Source: Bdellovibrionales bacterium
GTDB taxonomy: Bacteria; Bdellovibrionota; Bdellovibrionia; Bdellovibrionales; UBA1609
Length of the DNA stretch: 55,579 nucleotides
Direction of reading: 5' to 3'
NCBI GenBank assembly: GCA_041690295.1
Contig: JAWLHR010000021.1
Location: 1 to 55,579 of the forward strand
Shown here piece by piece: positions 10,066 through 20,030 of this stretch. Positions within the stretch are counted from its first letter, which is position 1. Every line of letters starts with the position of its first letter. Both the position numbers and the translations under genes were made by a program. The notes under the pieces are model-generated. The model had not been told where the DNA came from, did not search any database, and saw only the letters and a list, made by a program, of their open reading frames with translations.

Positions 10066-11895
10066 TTATCCGACCATTTTCACCTTGTCGGCATCGCCGG
10101 ATTCATAATCCGAATAAGGGGTTTGCACCACGACCGGTTGTTTGTTTTCGTCGTAATATCCGCGGACTTTGTAAAGCTTCAAAGGTTCGGATTTACCTTT
10201 GACTTCGACCGTTCCCGCTTCTTCCAAGATGAATTCCTCGCGAACCGCGTCCGCCAATTCATCACTGAGCAAAAGATCGGTGCCAAACGCTTTGGTCGAG
10301 GCTTCAATACGCGAGGCTTGGTTCACCGTATCTCCGATCACCGTGTATTCCATGCGCTCTTCCGACCCGATCGTTCCTGAAATCGCCTCGCCCCGATGGA
10401 GCCCCATTCCGATTTTGATCGGCACTTTGTCCCGTTCGGCCCGGCTTTCGTTCAATTTGGCCAGCGCCAGCCGCATTTCCAAACAGGCTTTGACGGCGTT
10501 TTGCGAATCACGCTCGGTGCCTTGCGGGGCCCCCCAGACGGCCATGATCGCGTCACCGATGAATTTATCCACGATACCGCCGTGATTATTGATGATTTTC
10601 ACCATGATCTGAAAGTATTCGTTGAGCATTTCCACAACCTGCTCCGGCGTGTGCCCTTCCGAGAATTTGGTGAAATCGCGAATATCGGAGAAAAAGACCG
10701 TGACCAGTTTCTTGCTTCCGCCGAGCTGCAAGTCTCCCTTGAGAAGGTCGTCGGCCACGCTGGAACCGTGAAACTTGCTGAACATGGTTTTCACTTTGTC
10801 CCGCTCGATCAGACCTTCGATCATGTGATTGAACGCTTCACCGAGCTGACCCACTTCGTCGCGCGAACGCACCGACGCCTTCACGTTAAAGTTTCCGGTC
10901 GCCACCTGATTGGCCAGTTCCGCCAGCGATTCGATCGGCGCCGTCATCGTGATGGAGAACAAGAAAATGAAAAACAAGGCCACCGACACGATCTGTCCCG
11001 CGGTGTAAATGGCTTCGCGTTTCACCGCGCGGGCCGCTTCCAGAATCACCGCGTCCGGCACCATGGCGATCGTCGTCACGCCCAGAGCGGTTTTCGTGTA
11101 AGCGGCGGTGAATGGCTCCGCATTTTCTTTGAACCGGAGTTGTCCTTGTTTGAAGCTGGAACTCATCGCCGATTTGACAATGGGCACTTCCTGGAAGGAC
11201 TCACCCCGCAACAGTCGACTCTCATCCGGATGGGCCAGCAATCGACCCTCGTTGTCCACAAGGTACAAGGTCCGCTCACTTACACTGGCGAAAACTTTTT
11301 GCAACTTATCCAATCGAATTTCCGCCAGCACGATGTGCGTGACATTGCCGTAATCGTCCTTGGCCAGTGGAAATCCGATCGTGAAAAGAGGCGCTCCCCC
11401 TTCGATGGTCGAATTTTTAATTTCCACGTAACCTTCTTTTCCGGTGAACAAGGCTTCGGGCCGGAGCCAGTTGCGGCTTTTCTGCGTGGCCCGGAGAGTG
11501 TCGATGTACGACTTATCGAGTTTGTATTGTTTGAGGTAGGTTTCGTTCACCACGCGTAGTGGAGCGCCTGAGGATTGACGAGCGACCACTTCCACAGAAA
11601 CCAGGTCCGGATCACGGGTGAAGGTGAGATCCAAAGCTTTATCCCGTTCCTCGCCTGAACTTTTCAGAAGCAACGCCGCCACCACTTTGGCTTTTTCGAT
11701 GTAAGAGATCAAAAGCCCTTCGACTTCGGTGGCGCGGGCTTGGGATTGGTCACGGTTGGCCTGTTGCTCGCGGTCGATGGAAATTTCCTCGAAACGGTTG
11801 GCACTACGCATGGTGATAAAGGCCGCCGCGAGACCTAAGAGAAAAATGGTAATGAATATGAGCTTAAAGGCGATTGGAATACGCAAGTTTCTCAT
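10066..11895 (-). CDS. Membrane-bound class III adenylate cyclase (TM-Cache-like-TM-HAMP-cyclase)
   Basis: FSDIRDFT, DKFIGDAIMA and EYTVIGDTVNQASRIE (K/T substrate residues imply ATP specificity); HAMP motif DEVGQLGEAFNHM. ATG at 11895 with a purine-rich RBS. Confidence 0.92.
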   Translation of the reverse strand: MRNLRIPIAFKLIFITIFLLGLAAAFITMRSANRFEEISIDREQQANRDQSQARATEVEGLLISYIEKAKVVAALLLKSSGEERDKALDLTFTRDPDLVSVEVVARQSSGAPLRVVNETYLKQYKLDKSYIDTLRATQKSRNWLRPEALFTGKEGYVEIKNSTIEGGAPLFTIGFPLAKDDYGNVTHIVLAEIRLDKLQKVFASVSERTLYLVDNEGRLLAHPDESRLLRGESFQEVPIVKSAMSSSFKQGQLRFKENAEPFTAAYTKTALGVTTIAMVPDAVILEAARAVKREAIYTAGQIVSVALFFIFLFSITMTAPIESLAELANQVATGNFNVKASVRSRDEVGQLGEAFNHMIEGLIERDKVKTMFSKFHGSSVADDLLKGDLQLGGSKKLVTVFFSDIRDFTKFSEGHTPEQVVEMLNEYFQIMVKIINNHGGIVDKFIGDAIMAVWGAPQGTERDSQNAVKACLEMRLALAKLNESRAERDKVPIKIGMGLHRGEAISGTIGSEERMEYTVIGDTVNQASRIEASTKAFGTDLLLSDELADAVREEFILEEAGTVEVKGKSEPLKLYKVRGYYDENKQPVVVQTPYSDYESGDADKVKMVG

Positions 11896-12020
11896 ACCCT
11901 TCTTTTCGGAATAATAATGATTCAAATAACTTGTTTCGCAATCTTGAGTCTTTGGTCGAGGTCCTGATCCTGGACCAAAGAATTGACCTTAAAGATAGGC
12001 TCGGGCGAGAATCTTAAAGA

Positions 12021-12542
12021 GTGAATAAATCTCTGATACTCAAATTTTCTTTGGCTCTGCTGACCGGCTTTCTAGTGGCCGTCGTTCTTTCCAGGTTCAT
12101 CCCTTGGAAAAAGGACGGCCCCACGGCGGATCGATCACCGGAAGGAGTCCTGGCGGAAATCAAGGAACTTAAAAGGCCGCTTGTTCTGATCAATTTCTGG
12201 GCGTCCTGGTGCGCGCCCTGCAAAGAAGAACTCCCCGCCCTCTACAATCTGCAAAAACAATATGCCGACCAAGGCCTTCAGGTGGTGCTGATTTCAATTG
12301 ATGACGCCGTCGACATTCCACTGGCGCAGCAGTACCTGGAGGAAAACAAGTTCGACCTCCCCTCCTATTTCAAAGGCGATCAACCTTTGACCTTCGTCAC
12401 TAAATTTTTCCCTAAATGGAGCGGCGCCATTCCCGCCAATGTCCTGCTGGGTTCAGAGATGCAGATCCTCGACTCCTGGGAAGGGGAATCCTCATTTGAG
12501 GAGTTTGAACAACGGATCAAAAACCAGTTGAAGGGCACATGA
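12021..12542 (+). CDS. TlpA/ResA-family membrane-anchored thioredoxin
   Basis: N-terminal TM segment and INFWASWCAPCKEELP. Confidence 0.9.
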   Translation: MNKSLILKFSLALLTGFLVAVVLSRFIPWKKDGPTADRSPEGVLAEIKELKRPLVLINFWASWCAPCKEELPALYNLQKQYADQGLQVVLISIDDAVDIPLAQQYLEENKFDLPSYFKGDQPLTFVTKFFPKWSGAIPANVLLGSEMQILDSWEGESSFEEFEQRIKNQLKGT

Positions 12543-12760
12543 AGCAAAAACGCGTCCCCGAAAAGCGAAAACCACCCGAACCCCCGACCGACGCCGATCG
12601 CTGGGCCAGCTTTCTGACCTTCTGCGAGTCCTATACCTGGTCGCCCATTTTGCAAAATTCCTATGTACTTTCAAGGCTTTGGGCATGGTTCTCGCGCATC
12701 GAAATCTCCCCCAAGGTGAAAATCCCGTTGCCCCGGATGTTCACCTACCGCGATCCCTAA
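12539..12760 (+). CDS. Small hypothetical protein
   Basis: ATGA overlap with the tlpA stop; fills the gap before the rpmG promoter; no recognisable motif. Confidence 0.45.
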   Translation: MKQKRVPEKRKPPEPPTDADRWASFLTFCESYTWSPILQNSYVLSRLWAWFSRIEISPKVKIPLPRMFTYRDP

Positions 12761-12774
12761 AATTCAGGATTTAT

Positions 12775-12803
12775 TTGGCATTTTAGCTTTTCTTAGCTAT
12801 ACA
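12775..12803 (+). promoter_or_regulatory. Sigma70-type promoter of rpmG
   Basis: TTGGCA-17 bp-TATACA upstream of a GGAGG RBS. Confidence 0.55.
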
Positions 12804-12824
12804 GTCCGGTTCCGGGAGGCCCTC

Positions 12825-13007
12825 ATGGCAAAGAAAAAAGGCAAGGTTCGCATCATTACTTTGGAATGCACTGAAGCTCGTAAAGAGGGTCAGCCTCCGT
12901 CCCGCTATACCACGAAAAAGAACTTCCAAACCCATCCGGAACGTTTGGAAAAGAAAAAGTACAATCCGTTCTTGCGACGTCACACCGTTCATCGCGAGAT
13001 CAAATAA
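12825..13007 (+). CDS. rpmG: 50S ribosomal protein L33 (form lacking the Zn ribbon)
   Basis: [39 protein letters not shown]; only one Cys. Confidence 0.96.
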   Translation: MAKKKGKVRIITLECTEARKEGQPPSRYTTKKNFQTHPERLEKKKYNPFLRRHTVHREIK

Positions 13008-13011
13008 AGTC

Positions 13012-14463
13012 TTAATTTCCCACCGGAAGAATTTTTAACGGCAATTGCAGGCGGCGGTCCTGCAATTGAAAATCGACCGCACGCAGTTCCAAACCATGCA
13101 CTAAGGCCCATCTCGGCAGACCGAACGAGAACTCCTTGTTCTGCAAGGTTTCGCCAAAACGAGTGTTCAGAGCGTCCATATGAACGAACTTCTCAACCGG
13201 GCGCACGTGCAGAAATTCATCCCGCGGATAAGAGCGAAGATGAATCTGATCAAATGTCATTTGGAATCGCATTTCACCATCGTTCACCCAGGTGCGAAGC
13301 GCGCCGGTTTCGATCGCGTGAAAATCCCAATAGGGCCAGTAGGTGTTGTTCACCAGTCCGAGGGTTTGTACTTGCACCGGAGCTTTGAAGTTATATTCGA
13401 CGCCTTTCTTTTCTTCAGGAACCTTTGGCCCGTAAAGCATGGCTTGGGCGTAAGCGCTCACGTTGAATTTCAAAGGCGGATTGAGCGGCCAATTGCGAAG
13501 ATCAGCCCACTCCCAGAGTTGACGCCACCGGGATTCGAACAGTTGCTGAAACGGATTCAAGTCAGAGGCGCTCAGCTCGGAGTTAAATCCACTGTGGTAA
13601 GAAACCGCCGACACGATCCGCTCGATGGCGTCAATCGGCAAAATTAAAGCGCTCTCCTCAATAACACTTAAATCCGAATCCAAAGCGGTGCGTGGAACGA
13701 GCCCGAAATCAATGGGAAACCGAGAATTCACGTGAAATTCAAAACGGCTTTTCACCCGCCATCGGCCCGCCGGCGTGGTTTCCATTTGCAGAGGTCGCCA
13801 TGTCACCGAAGTCCGCTCATTGAATTTCGTTTGGGTGGGCTCGAGTAAACGCTCCTTCGCCGTGACCACGCGAGTGGACGACCAGGCCAATATGGATTTC
13901 TGCAGAAGATCCGTCATCATCAAGGGGTCGTTGGCCTGTCGGGCCAAATAGTTGTTCAGTTCCTCCATCTCCTGGGGCGGCAACTGGCATTGCCCTAAAC
14001 CGTATTCCGCCGCGCCACCGGGGTTGTTGATGAAAGAAAACTCAAGCCAATGAAGTGAGTTCAAAGAACGGTCATAACGAAGTTGCCCCAAAACACGCCA
14101 TTCTCCCCGCGGGAGTCGCCAATGGGCGCCCGTGCAACGTCCTTGCGGAAGAACCAATTCGTTGAATTCGAATTTCGGATTGGTCCACGTCAATTCGACA
14201 AGCGCGATATCATCATCTTCATCTTGAACATTAATGGCGAGGCCTGAAAGCTCGGGCGCGCGAACACCGTTGAGTTGCAGATCGAGCGAACCGTCGACTT
14301 GGCGCCAATCGGATAGCCGGTCGGCCGGTTGGACTCGTATCAAAGTTAAAGTTTCATTCCACTCAGCGGAGGGATTGATGATTAGATCCGAGTCCACTCG
14401 CAAAATTTGGGAAACACCCGGGACGCAATAAAACGCGAGAAGCGCGATCATTAATTTTGTCAT
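13012..14463 (-). CDS. Secreted hypothetical protein (483 aa)
   Basis: Long ORF with an N-terminal hydrophobic signal; no confidently recognised family. Confidence 0.75.
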   Translation of the reverse strand: MTKLMIALLAFYCVPGVSQILRVDSDLIINPSAEWNETLTLIRVQPADRLSDWRQVDGSLDLQLNGVRAPELSGLAINVQDEDDDIALVELTWTNPKFEFNELVLPQGRCTGAHWRLPRGEWRVLGQLRYDRSLNSLHWLEFSFINNPGGAAEYGLGQCQLPPQEMEELNNYLARQANDPLMMTDLLQKSILAWSSTRVVTAKERLLEPTQTKFNERTSVTWRPLQMETTPAGRWRVKSRFEFHVNSRFPIDFGLVPRTALDSDLSVIEESALILPIDAIERIVSAVSYHSGFNSELSASDLNPFQQLFESRWRQLWEWADLRNWPLNPPLKFNVSAYAQAMLYGPKVPEEKKGVEYNFKAPVQVQTLGLVNNTYWPYWDFHAIETGALRTWVNDGEMRFQMTFDQIHLRSYPRDEFLHVRPVEKFVHMDALNTRFGETLQNKEFSFGLPRWALVHGLELRAVDFQLQDRRLQLPLKILPVGN

Positions 14464-14555
14464 GTCTTTTTATCGGGAAAGGCGGAAAAGCGATTGAGAG
14501 CCGAACAGAAAGTCGGTCAGAGTGGCGAAACTGTGATCAAAACTCGTTGGAAAAT

Positions 14556-14596
14556 TCCCGTGGGCATCACTTCGAAACCGTGATTTACCCACGGGA
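14556..14596. terminator. Stem-loop, probable terminator of the 14651..14836 gene
   Basis: TCCCGTGGG-C-ATCAC ... GTGAT-TTA-CCCACGGGA, with an AATTTT tail on the minus strand. Confidence 0.55.
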
Positions 14597-14650
14597 TCAA
14601 AAAATCGAGGCCGGATAAAACCTGATCAATTCCTAGGGAATCGATTCGCA

Positions 14651-14836
14651 TTACAGGACCAGCCTTTTGAGATCAATGCCAGGCATCAGTCTCTGGAGCA
14701 TTTCCTGCGCGGACTCCGGAGCCTCATACGAACCGCGGGCATGAACTTCGGATTCATGCTCCCATTCTAGTTCGTTGATCTCCGGAGGAGATTCAACCGG
14801 CGGAATCGGCTCGATAGCCGAAATTCCTTTTTTCAT
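14651..14836 (-). CDS. Small acidic hypothetical protein (61 aa)
   Basis: Strong RBS AAGGAGGA before the ATG at 14836; followed by a terminator-like hairpin. Confidence 0.6.
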   Translation of the reverse strand: MKKGISAIEPIPPVESPPEINELEWEHESEVHARGSYEAPESAQEMLQRLMPGIDLKRLVL

Positions 14837-15156
14837 AAGTTCCTCCTTTTGGGCGCAAAAGCCCGTTAAACCAAACCCACCATGGGCTTGGAAAAAATCC
14901 AAAAAACGCTAAATCACACGAAGGACGCCGCTACAGCGGCCCGCGATGACTTAAACAAAAATTGTTATTTGATTACGAATGGTCTCAATAGCCAAGGATA
15001 GCGGAGGTTGCGCAATCTCCACGATCGGCTCGACAATCGAAAGTCATATCTGTCACCATTTCGCAACCTCCTTTCTTTGAGGATTAGACAAAACTAGCAA
15101 ACTGATTTGAGTTTCTCAATATGTTTTTGTTGACGCTGGACTATTTCACTCGGCAC

Positions 15157-15528
15157 ATGTTCTCAATGAACGCTTTCTGGGATCGGTTGGGAATTTCAAC
15201 ATCATTATTATGTGTCCTCCATTGTTTGTTGACCCCCTTGCTGGTCACCGTCGCTCCCTTGCTTGGCGCCACCCTCTCCCATGAATGGTTCCATATCATT
15301 ATTATTGTGATCGTTGTTCCGGTGGCGCTTTTCGCCTTGGTCAACGGCTATCGCATTCACCGCCGGTCCTCCATTCTTTGGCTGGGCGCTTTGGGTTTTG
15401 TTTTTCTGATCGCTGGAGTGACATTGGGTCACGATCACGAAGTCATGCAGGTGGCTTGCATGGTCACCGCTGGCTTGTTTTTTTCGTCAGCGCACTTTCT
15501 CAATCTGAAAAGCTGCAAATTACATTAG
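15157..15528 (+). CDS. MerC-domain membrane protein
   Basis: DRLGISTSLLCVLHCLLTP, HEWFH, GYRIH and AHFLN; four TM helices. Start uncertain (15121, 15157 or 15166). Confidence 0.85.
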   Translation: MFSMNAFWDRLGISTSLLCVLHCLLTPLLVTVAPLLGATLSHEWFHIIIIVIVVPVALFALVNGYRIHRRSSILWLGALGFVFLIAGVTLGHDHEVMQVACMVTAGLFFSSAHFLNLKSCKLH

Positions 15529-16257
15529 TTCAAGATCCGTCACCACGGCCGCATGATCACTCATCCGGCGCCAAGGCAAACCGTATAGAACCTGGTAATC
15601 AAGCACTTTGAATCCGCGCAGATAAATGCGGTCCAAAGCCAGCATGGGCCGCCAGGACGGAAAGGTGTTGCAGTGCTCACCGCGCATGATGAGCCCGCAC
15701 TCCCGAAGCCCAAGCTCACCGAAAAGCGGATCACTGAACTGCTGGCGCCAATCGTTGAAATCGCCGGCCACGATCAACGGGCAATCTTCGGGCACCGAGG
15801 TTCGCACGCGATCTATCAACAAGGCCAGCTGTTGTTTACGCCCGCGCTGAAACAAATCGAAATGTAAACAAACCAAATGGATATGCTTATCCCGTCCGTT
15901 TAACACCACTTGTCCGTGCAGCAGCCCGCGTTTTTCGAACGCGTTGGTGGACACATTGATGTTTTCATAGCGGTCAAACGGATATTTGCTGAGAATCGAG
16001 TTGCCATGGTGGCCATCGGAATAAACCGCGTTCTTGCCGTAGGCGAAGTGAGGCCAGATCTCGTCGGCGAGGAATTCAAACTGGGCGCCCAACTCAGGCC
16101 CATCGACCTTTTCCGGATGAACGCCCATCACCTCCTGCAGGAAAACCACATCGGCATTGACTCCACGAATCGCCTGCCGAAGTTCGCGCAGGACGTATTG
16201 CCGCGAATAAAAGCAAAACCCCTTGTGCATGTTGTAGGTCAAAACGCGAAGGTGCAT
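15520..16257 (-). CDS. Endonuclease/exonuclease/phosphatase family protein (YbhP-like)
   Basis: TYNMHKG, FLQEV, AGDFNDW, LDRIY and SDH motifs. Confidence 0.9.
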   Translation of the reverse strand: MHLRVLTYNMHKGFCFYSRQYVLRELRQAIRGVNADVVFLQEVMGVHPEKVDGPELGAQFEFLADEIWPHFAYGKNAVYSDGHHGNSILSKYPFDRYENINVSTNAFEKRGLLHGQVVLNGRDKHIHLVCLHFDLFQRGRKQQLALLIDRVRTSVPEDCPLIVAGDFNDWRQQFSDPLFGELGLRECGLIMRGEHCNTFPSWRPMLALDRIYLRGFKVLDYQVLYGLPWRRMSDHAAVVTDLELM

Positions 16258-16270
16258 AGGGCCTAAGCAT

Positions 16271-16312
16271 AAAATAAAAAGAGGGCCGTGAGAGCCCTCT
16301 TTTTTTATTTTT
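16271..16312. terminator. Intrinsic terminator
   Basis: AAAAGAGGGC-CGTGAGA-GCCCTCTTTT with A/T tracts on both sides, downstream of the subtilase. Confidence 0.85.
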
Positions 16313-16331
16313 GCCCTAGAGATCGCCGCAA

Positions 16332-17990
16332 CTAGTTGGCGACTTGCAAGAGCGGCCGCAACGCCAAAGCTCGTGTCACAGCCTCTTGCGCGTTCACCAG
16401 TCCCGCGCCGTACTGATTTTCATCATTCGGACCAAGAGGTGTCGCGGTGGCTTTTAACAACTCGCGCACTTCCGCCGGCGTCAATTCCGGATTCGCGGCG
16501 CGAATCAATGCCGCGACTCCTGCAACGTGCGGCGTGGCCATGGACGTACCTTGAAGCGAAGCATAGTCAGTGGCTTCAACCGCGAGAGACAGCTGAACCG
16601 CCTGCCCCGAAGCCAACACGGTGGTCGCCGTTTGACCAACGGTCTGTTCAATCATGGCGGCGGGAATTTCCGCCTCGGAACCATCTTCAGACAAAGTCCC
16701 TTGAATCAAACCGGGCGCGTTGTTGTAAATCAGCGCCGCGATCGCACCGCGAGCCAGCACATTGGCGACTTTCTCCTTGAAAGGAATTTCGCCACGGGAA
16801 ATCAGCGCGACCTTGCCGGTTAAATCGAGATTGGCCACATCGCCGGCCCGTCCAAGACCCGCATCCACCAGTTCGCCTTCAACGTATCGAACCGGCGAAC
16901 CCACGAACGGTAAGGACTTCACTTCATCCAAGCCTTTACCCAGATCCAGCTTCACTGAAGCGCCACGACCCGTGCCACGGGGAACCGAGGACACCACATC
17001 CACGCCCGGACCCATGACATCCAATTCGGGACCCCACTGCGAAAAATCCGCTTTGGTCAGCGTGGAATCCAACGCGCCCACGGCCGTGATCGTTTCCATC
17101 GCCGCCGGGAAAGAAACGCGATTCGTGCCGTCGTTTCCGCTGGCCGCCGCGATAAAAACTCCCGCCTCTTCCGCCGCGGCGATGGCCCGACGTTCCGCTT
17201 CGGAGATGAACATGCCGCCTAAGGACATATTCACAACATGTACTTTCTCGGAAACCGCCCAATTGATTCCGCTGGCGATGGCGATCGAGCTGCAACCAAA
17301 CTCCATACATACTTTACCCGCGAGAAGTTTCGCCTTCGGCGCCACTCCAACCACGGCACCGTTTTCACCGGACGCGAGGATGGTTCCGGCCACGTGTGTT
17401 CCGTGTCCAATCGTATCCAGGTAAGCGTCAGAGTTGCCGCCGGTAAAATTTCTTCCCTGCTCGAAGCGGCTCTGCAAGGCGGGATGATCCTTATCCACGC
17501 CCGTATCCAAAACCATGACCCGAACCGATTGGCCCTGGCCGGTGATAGACCAAGCTTCCTGCGCTTTCACCGCATCGATCCCCCACGGAACCTCCATGGC
17601 CTGCGAGGTGATCGATCGTAAATTCATTGCGGATCGGCCCCACGTGGCCGCCGGCTGGGGAGCGGGGTGAAAAATCTCTTCTTCAATCAGATCAATCGAC
17701 GGGTGATTTCGCAAAGATTCGATGGTCCTCTCATCGTCGGCCTCAATGACCATCATATGAATGTTATCGAGAGTGTCGGCCACCATCGCCTTCGTGTTGA
17801 AGAGATGCATGGGCGCGAAACTTCCCGTCGGCGCGATAAACGCTTGCGCACGGGCTGCCTGAGTCACCGCTTCGAATTTCGCTTTTGATTTGAAGCTGAC
17901 CAGGTACTTCTTGCCTTCCGCATGAGCAGCGAAACCGGCCGCGACACAACTAAGGATGACTCCCCATTGAGCAATCTTCCTTGCAATCAT
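16332..17990 (-). CDS. Secreted subtilisin-family (S8) serine protease with I9-like propeptide and PA domain
   Basis: Catalytic [11 protein letters not shown] and [13 protein letters not shown] insert ([26 protein letters not shown]). Confidence 0.95.
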   Translation of the reverse strand: MIARKIAQWGVILSCVAAGFAAHAEGKKYLVSFKSKAKFEAVTQAARAQAFIAPTGSFAPMHLFNTKAMVADTLDNIHMMVIEADDERTIESLRNHPSIDLIEEEIFHPAPQPAATWGRSAMNLRSITSQAMEVPWGIDAVKAQEAWSITGQGQSVRVMVLDTGVDKDHPALQSRFEQGRNFTGGNSDAYLDTIGHGTHVAGTILASGENGAVVGVAPKAKLLAGKVCMEFGCSSIAIASGINWAVSEKVHVVNMSLGGMFISEAERRAIAAAEEAGVFIAAASGNDGTNRVSFPAAMETITAVGALDSTLTKADFSQWGPELDVMGPGVDVVSSVPRGTGRGASVKLDLGKGLDEVKSLPFVGSPVRYVEGELVDAGLGRAGDVANLDLTGKVALISRGEIPFKEKVANVLARGAIAALIYNNAPGLIQGTLSEDGSEAEIPAAMIEQTVGQTATTVLASGQAVQLSLAVEATDYASLQGTSMATPHVAGVAALIRAANPELTPAEVRELLKATATPLGPNDENQYGAGLVNAQEAVTRALALRPLLQVAN

Positions 17991-18287
17991 TTGCCCCCCT
18001 ATCCTTGAGATCGTGATGACCTCGTTCGGCTGATCATTAAATCACGCTCTGAAATGTTTGCAATTTTTTTGGTTCCAAATTGAAACCGATTTAAGAAATC
18101 AAATAATTTATTGAAAGCACGAAGGAATTTTTTTGTAAGAAAGTGCGCGCGCGACGTCATTCGAAGAAATTATTTCAACCATTCCGAATTTTTTGCCCAC
18201 GTGCACGATAAAGAACCTTTTCACTCGCTGCAGAAATTAGTTAGCCAGCCGTTCAGGGCCCGGTGTAAATCGCTCTCAGGGTAAGGC

Positions 18288-20030
18288 GTGAGGGTGTTTG
18301 TGAGTAGTGGGATCTTGCGGGAACCTTGGCCGGCCCTTCTGAATATCTGGAATCATTTAAAACATGAGATCTTAACGGGCTTAGGTCGTTCACGCGCCGA
18401 GGCCGAACATCTGCTGCGAATCGCCACCGCTCTGGCCGATGCCGCATGTGTGAGCAAAATGTCGGAAGTGGTGGCCCAGGAATGCATGAAGGCCTTGGGT
18501 GCGGACGCCATTTGCGTTCACTTGCTCAAGCCCGATGGCTATTTCGAACTCGCCAACGAAACCAATTGCACGGAAGAGATCAAAACCCGCTGGCGGCGCT
18601 TCCCCAAGGATATGATCCCTCTGACCGACTTGAGTCATCCGCAGAATTGGGTTTTTCATGGTTCGGCCGAAGAATTAAAAAATAAATTCCCCGAAGTGGC
18701 GGAAACCGTCGAGCGCACCGGCCGTCAAACATTCGCGTACGCCCTCTTGGTCGTGAACAACCAGGTGACGGGACTTTTGGGATATTCCTATAAAAGAAAA
18801 AAAGTCCGACCCGTCGGCCATACATTCTTGCTCACCTTGATCAATCTGTGCGCGCAATCTTTGGAACGCGCCCGGTTGACGGAAGAAGAACAAAGCGCCC
18901 GCGCCGCGGCCGAAGCCGCGAACCGCGCTAAAACCGATTTTTTGGCCAATATCAGTCATGAAATCCGCACACCGCTGGGCGTGGTTCAAGGTTTCGCGGA
19001 TTTGCTTTATGAAGAACCTGATCTCGATCCCAAATACCGATATTGGATCTCCATCATTCGCCGCAACACACGCCAGCTGAATTCCCTGATCGGTGATGTC
19101 CTCGACATAACCAAAATCGAGGCCGACAAACTTGAAATCGAATCCCTGTGTTTTCCGTTGCAGGAATGGCTTCACGACACGATCACCACCGCGGAATTCA
19201 AAGCCCGCGAAAAAGGAACCGAAATCGAATTCAAAGTCGGCGACGTTCCCAAGATGATCAAATCGGATCCGACCCGCCTGCGTCAGATTCTTCTCAACCT
19301 GATCGGTAACGCCATCAAATTCACACCTGAAGGAAAAGTGCGCGTGGACATCGAAAGCTCGGGCCCTCACCTGCAATTCACCATCACCGACACCGGGATT
19401 GGCATCGCGCCGGAATTTCAAGAGCACGTTTTCGACCCTTTCATGCAAGCCGATTCAAGTACGCAGAGAATGTTCGGTGGAACCGGGCTGGGGCTTCCCA
19501 TTTCCAAGCGCTTGGCCATCGCTCTTGGCGGCGAACTCAAGTTGGTCGAGAGCGCTCCGGGTAGAGGTTCGACGTTTTCGTTTTACATTCCCATCGAGCC
19601 ACCCATCTCCAGCGAAGAAAAAAAGGTCACCTTGCGCCGGGCGACCCAACCCCGCTCGCAGCGGCTTTCCGGCATAAAGGTTCTGTTGGTTGAGGATTCC
19701 CCCGACAATCAATACCTGCTGAATCAAATGTTGAGCATGGAAGGCGCGCAAGTGGATATCGCCGCTTCCGGCCCAGAGGGGATCAAGCGCGCGTTGAGCG
19801 GAACCTATCATGTGGTCCTGATGGATATCCAAATGCCGGGGATGGATGGTTTTCAAGCGGTTCGTGAGTTAAGAGATCATGGTTACAAGCGGCCGATCGC
19901 GGCGCTCACCGCTCATGCCATCCGCACCGAAATGGACAAACCCGAATTGGCCGGGTTCGATGATTACCTCACTAAACCGATCGACCGGCCGACCTTGATC
20001 AACACCGTCGCGCGCCTCAGCCGGATTTAA
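18288..20030 (+). CDS. Cytoplasmic hybrid histidine kinase (GAF-HisKA-HATPase-REC)
   Basis: FLANISHEIRTPL, NAIKFT, DTGIG and GGTGLGL; REC motif LMDIQMP. Start uncertain. Confidence 0.9.
   Translation: MRVFVSSGILREPWPALLNIWNHLKHEILTGLGRSRAEAEHLLRIATALADAACVSKMSEVVAQECMKALGADAICVHLLKPDGYFELANETNCTEEIKTRWRRFPKDMIPLTDLSHPQNWVFHGSAEELKNKFPEVAETVERTGRQTFAYALLVVNNQVTGLLGYSYKRKKVRPVGHTFLLTLINLCAQSLERARLTEEEQSARAAAEAANRAKTDFLANISHEIRTPLGVVQGFADLLYEEPDLDPKYRYWISIIRRNTRQLNSLIGDVLDITKIEADKLEIESLCFPLQEWLHDTITTAEFKAREKGTEIEFKVGDVPKMIKSDPTRLRQILLNLIGNAIKFTPEGKVRVDIESSGPHLQFTITDTGIGIAPEFQEHVFDPFMQADSSTQRMFGGTGLGLPISKRLAIALGGELKLVESAPGRGSTFSFYIPIEPPISSEEKKVTLRRATQPRSQRLSGIKVLLVEDSPDNQYLLNQMLSMEGAQVDIAASGPEGIKRALSGTYHVVLMDIQMPGMDGFQAVRELRDHGYKRPIAALTAHAIRTEMDKPELAGFDDYLTKPIDRPTLINTVARLSRI

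Noticed and set aside
10396..11559. 387-aa plus-strand ORF
   Set aside because: Antisense shadow of the adenylate cyclase with no motifs. The same applies to other long shadows such as 688..1305, 18675..19448, 23875..24735, 34714..35520 and 40650..41297.
18245..18290. CTCTCAGG, reminiscent of a glycine riboswitch
   Set aside because: No upstream GGAGA or CCGAAG elements.
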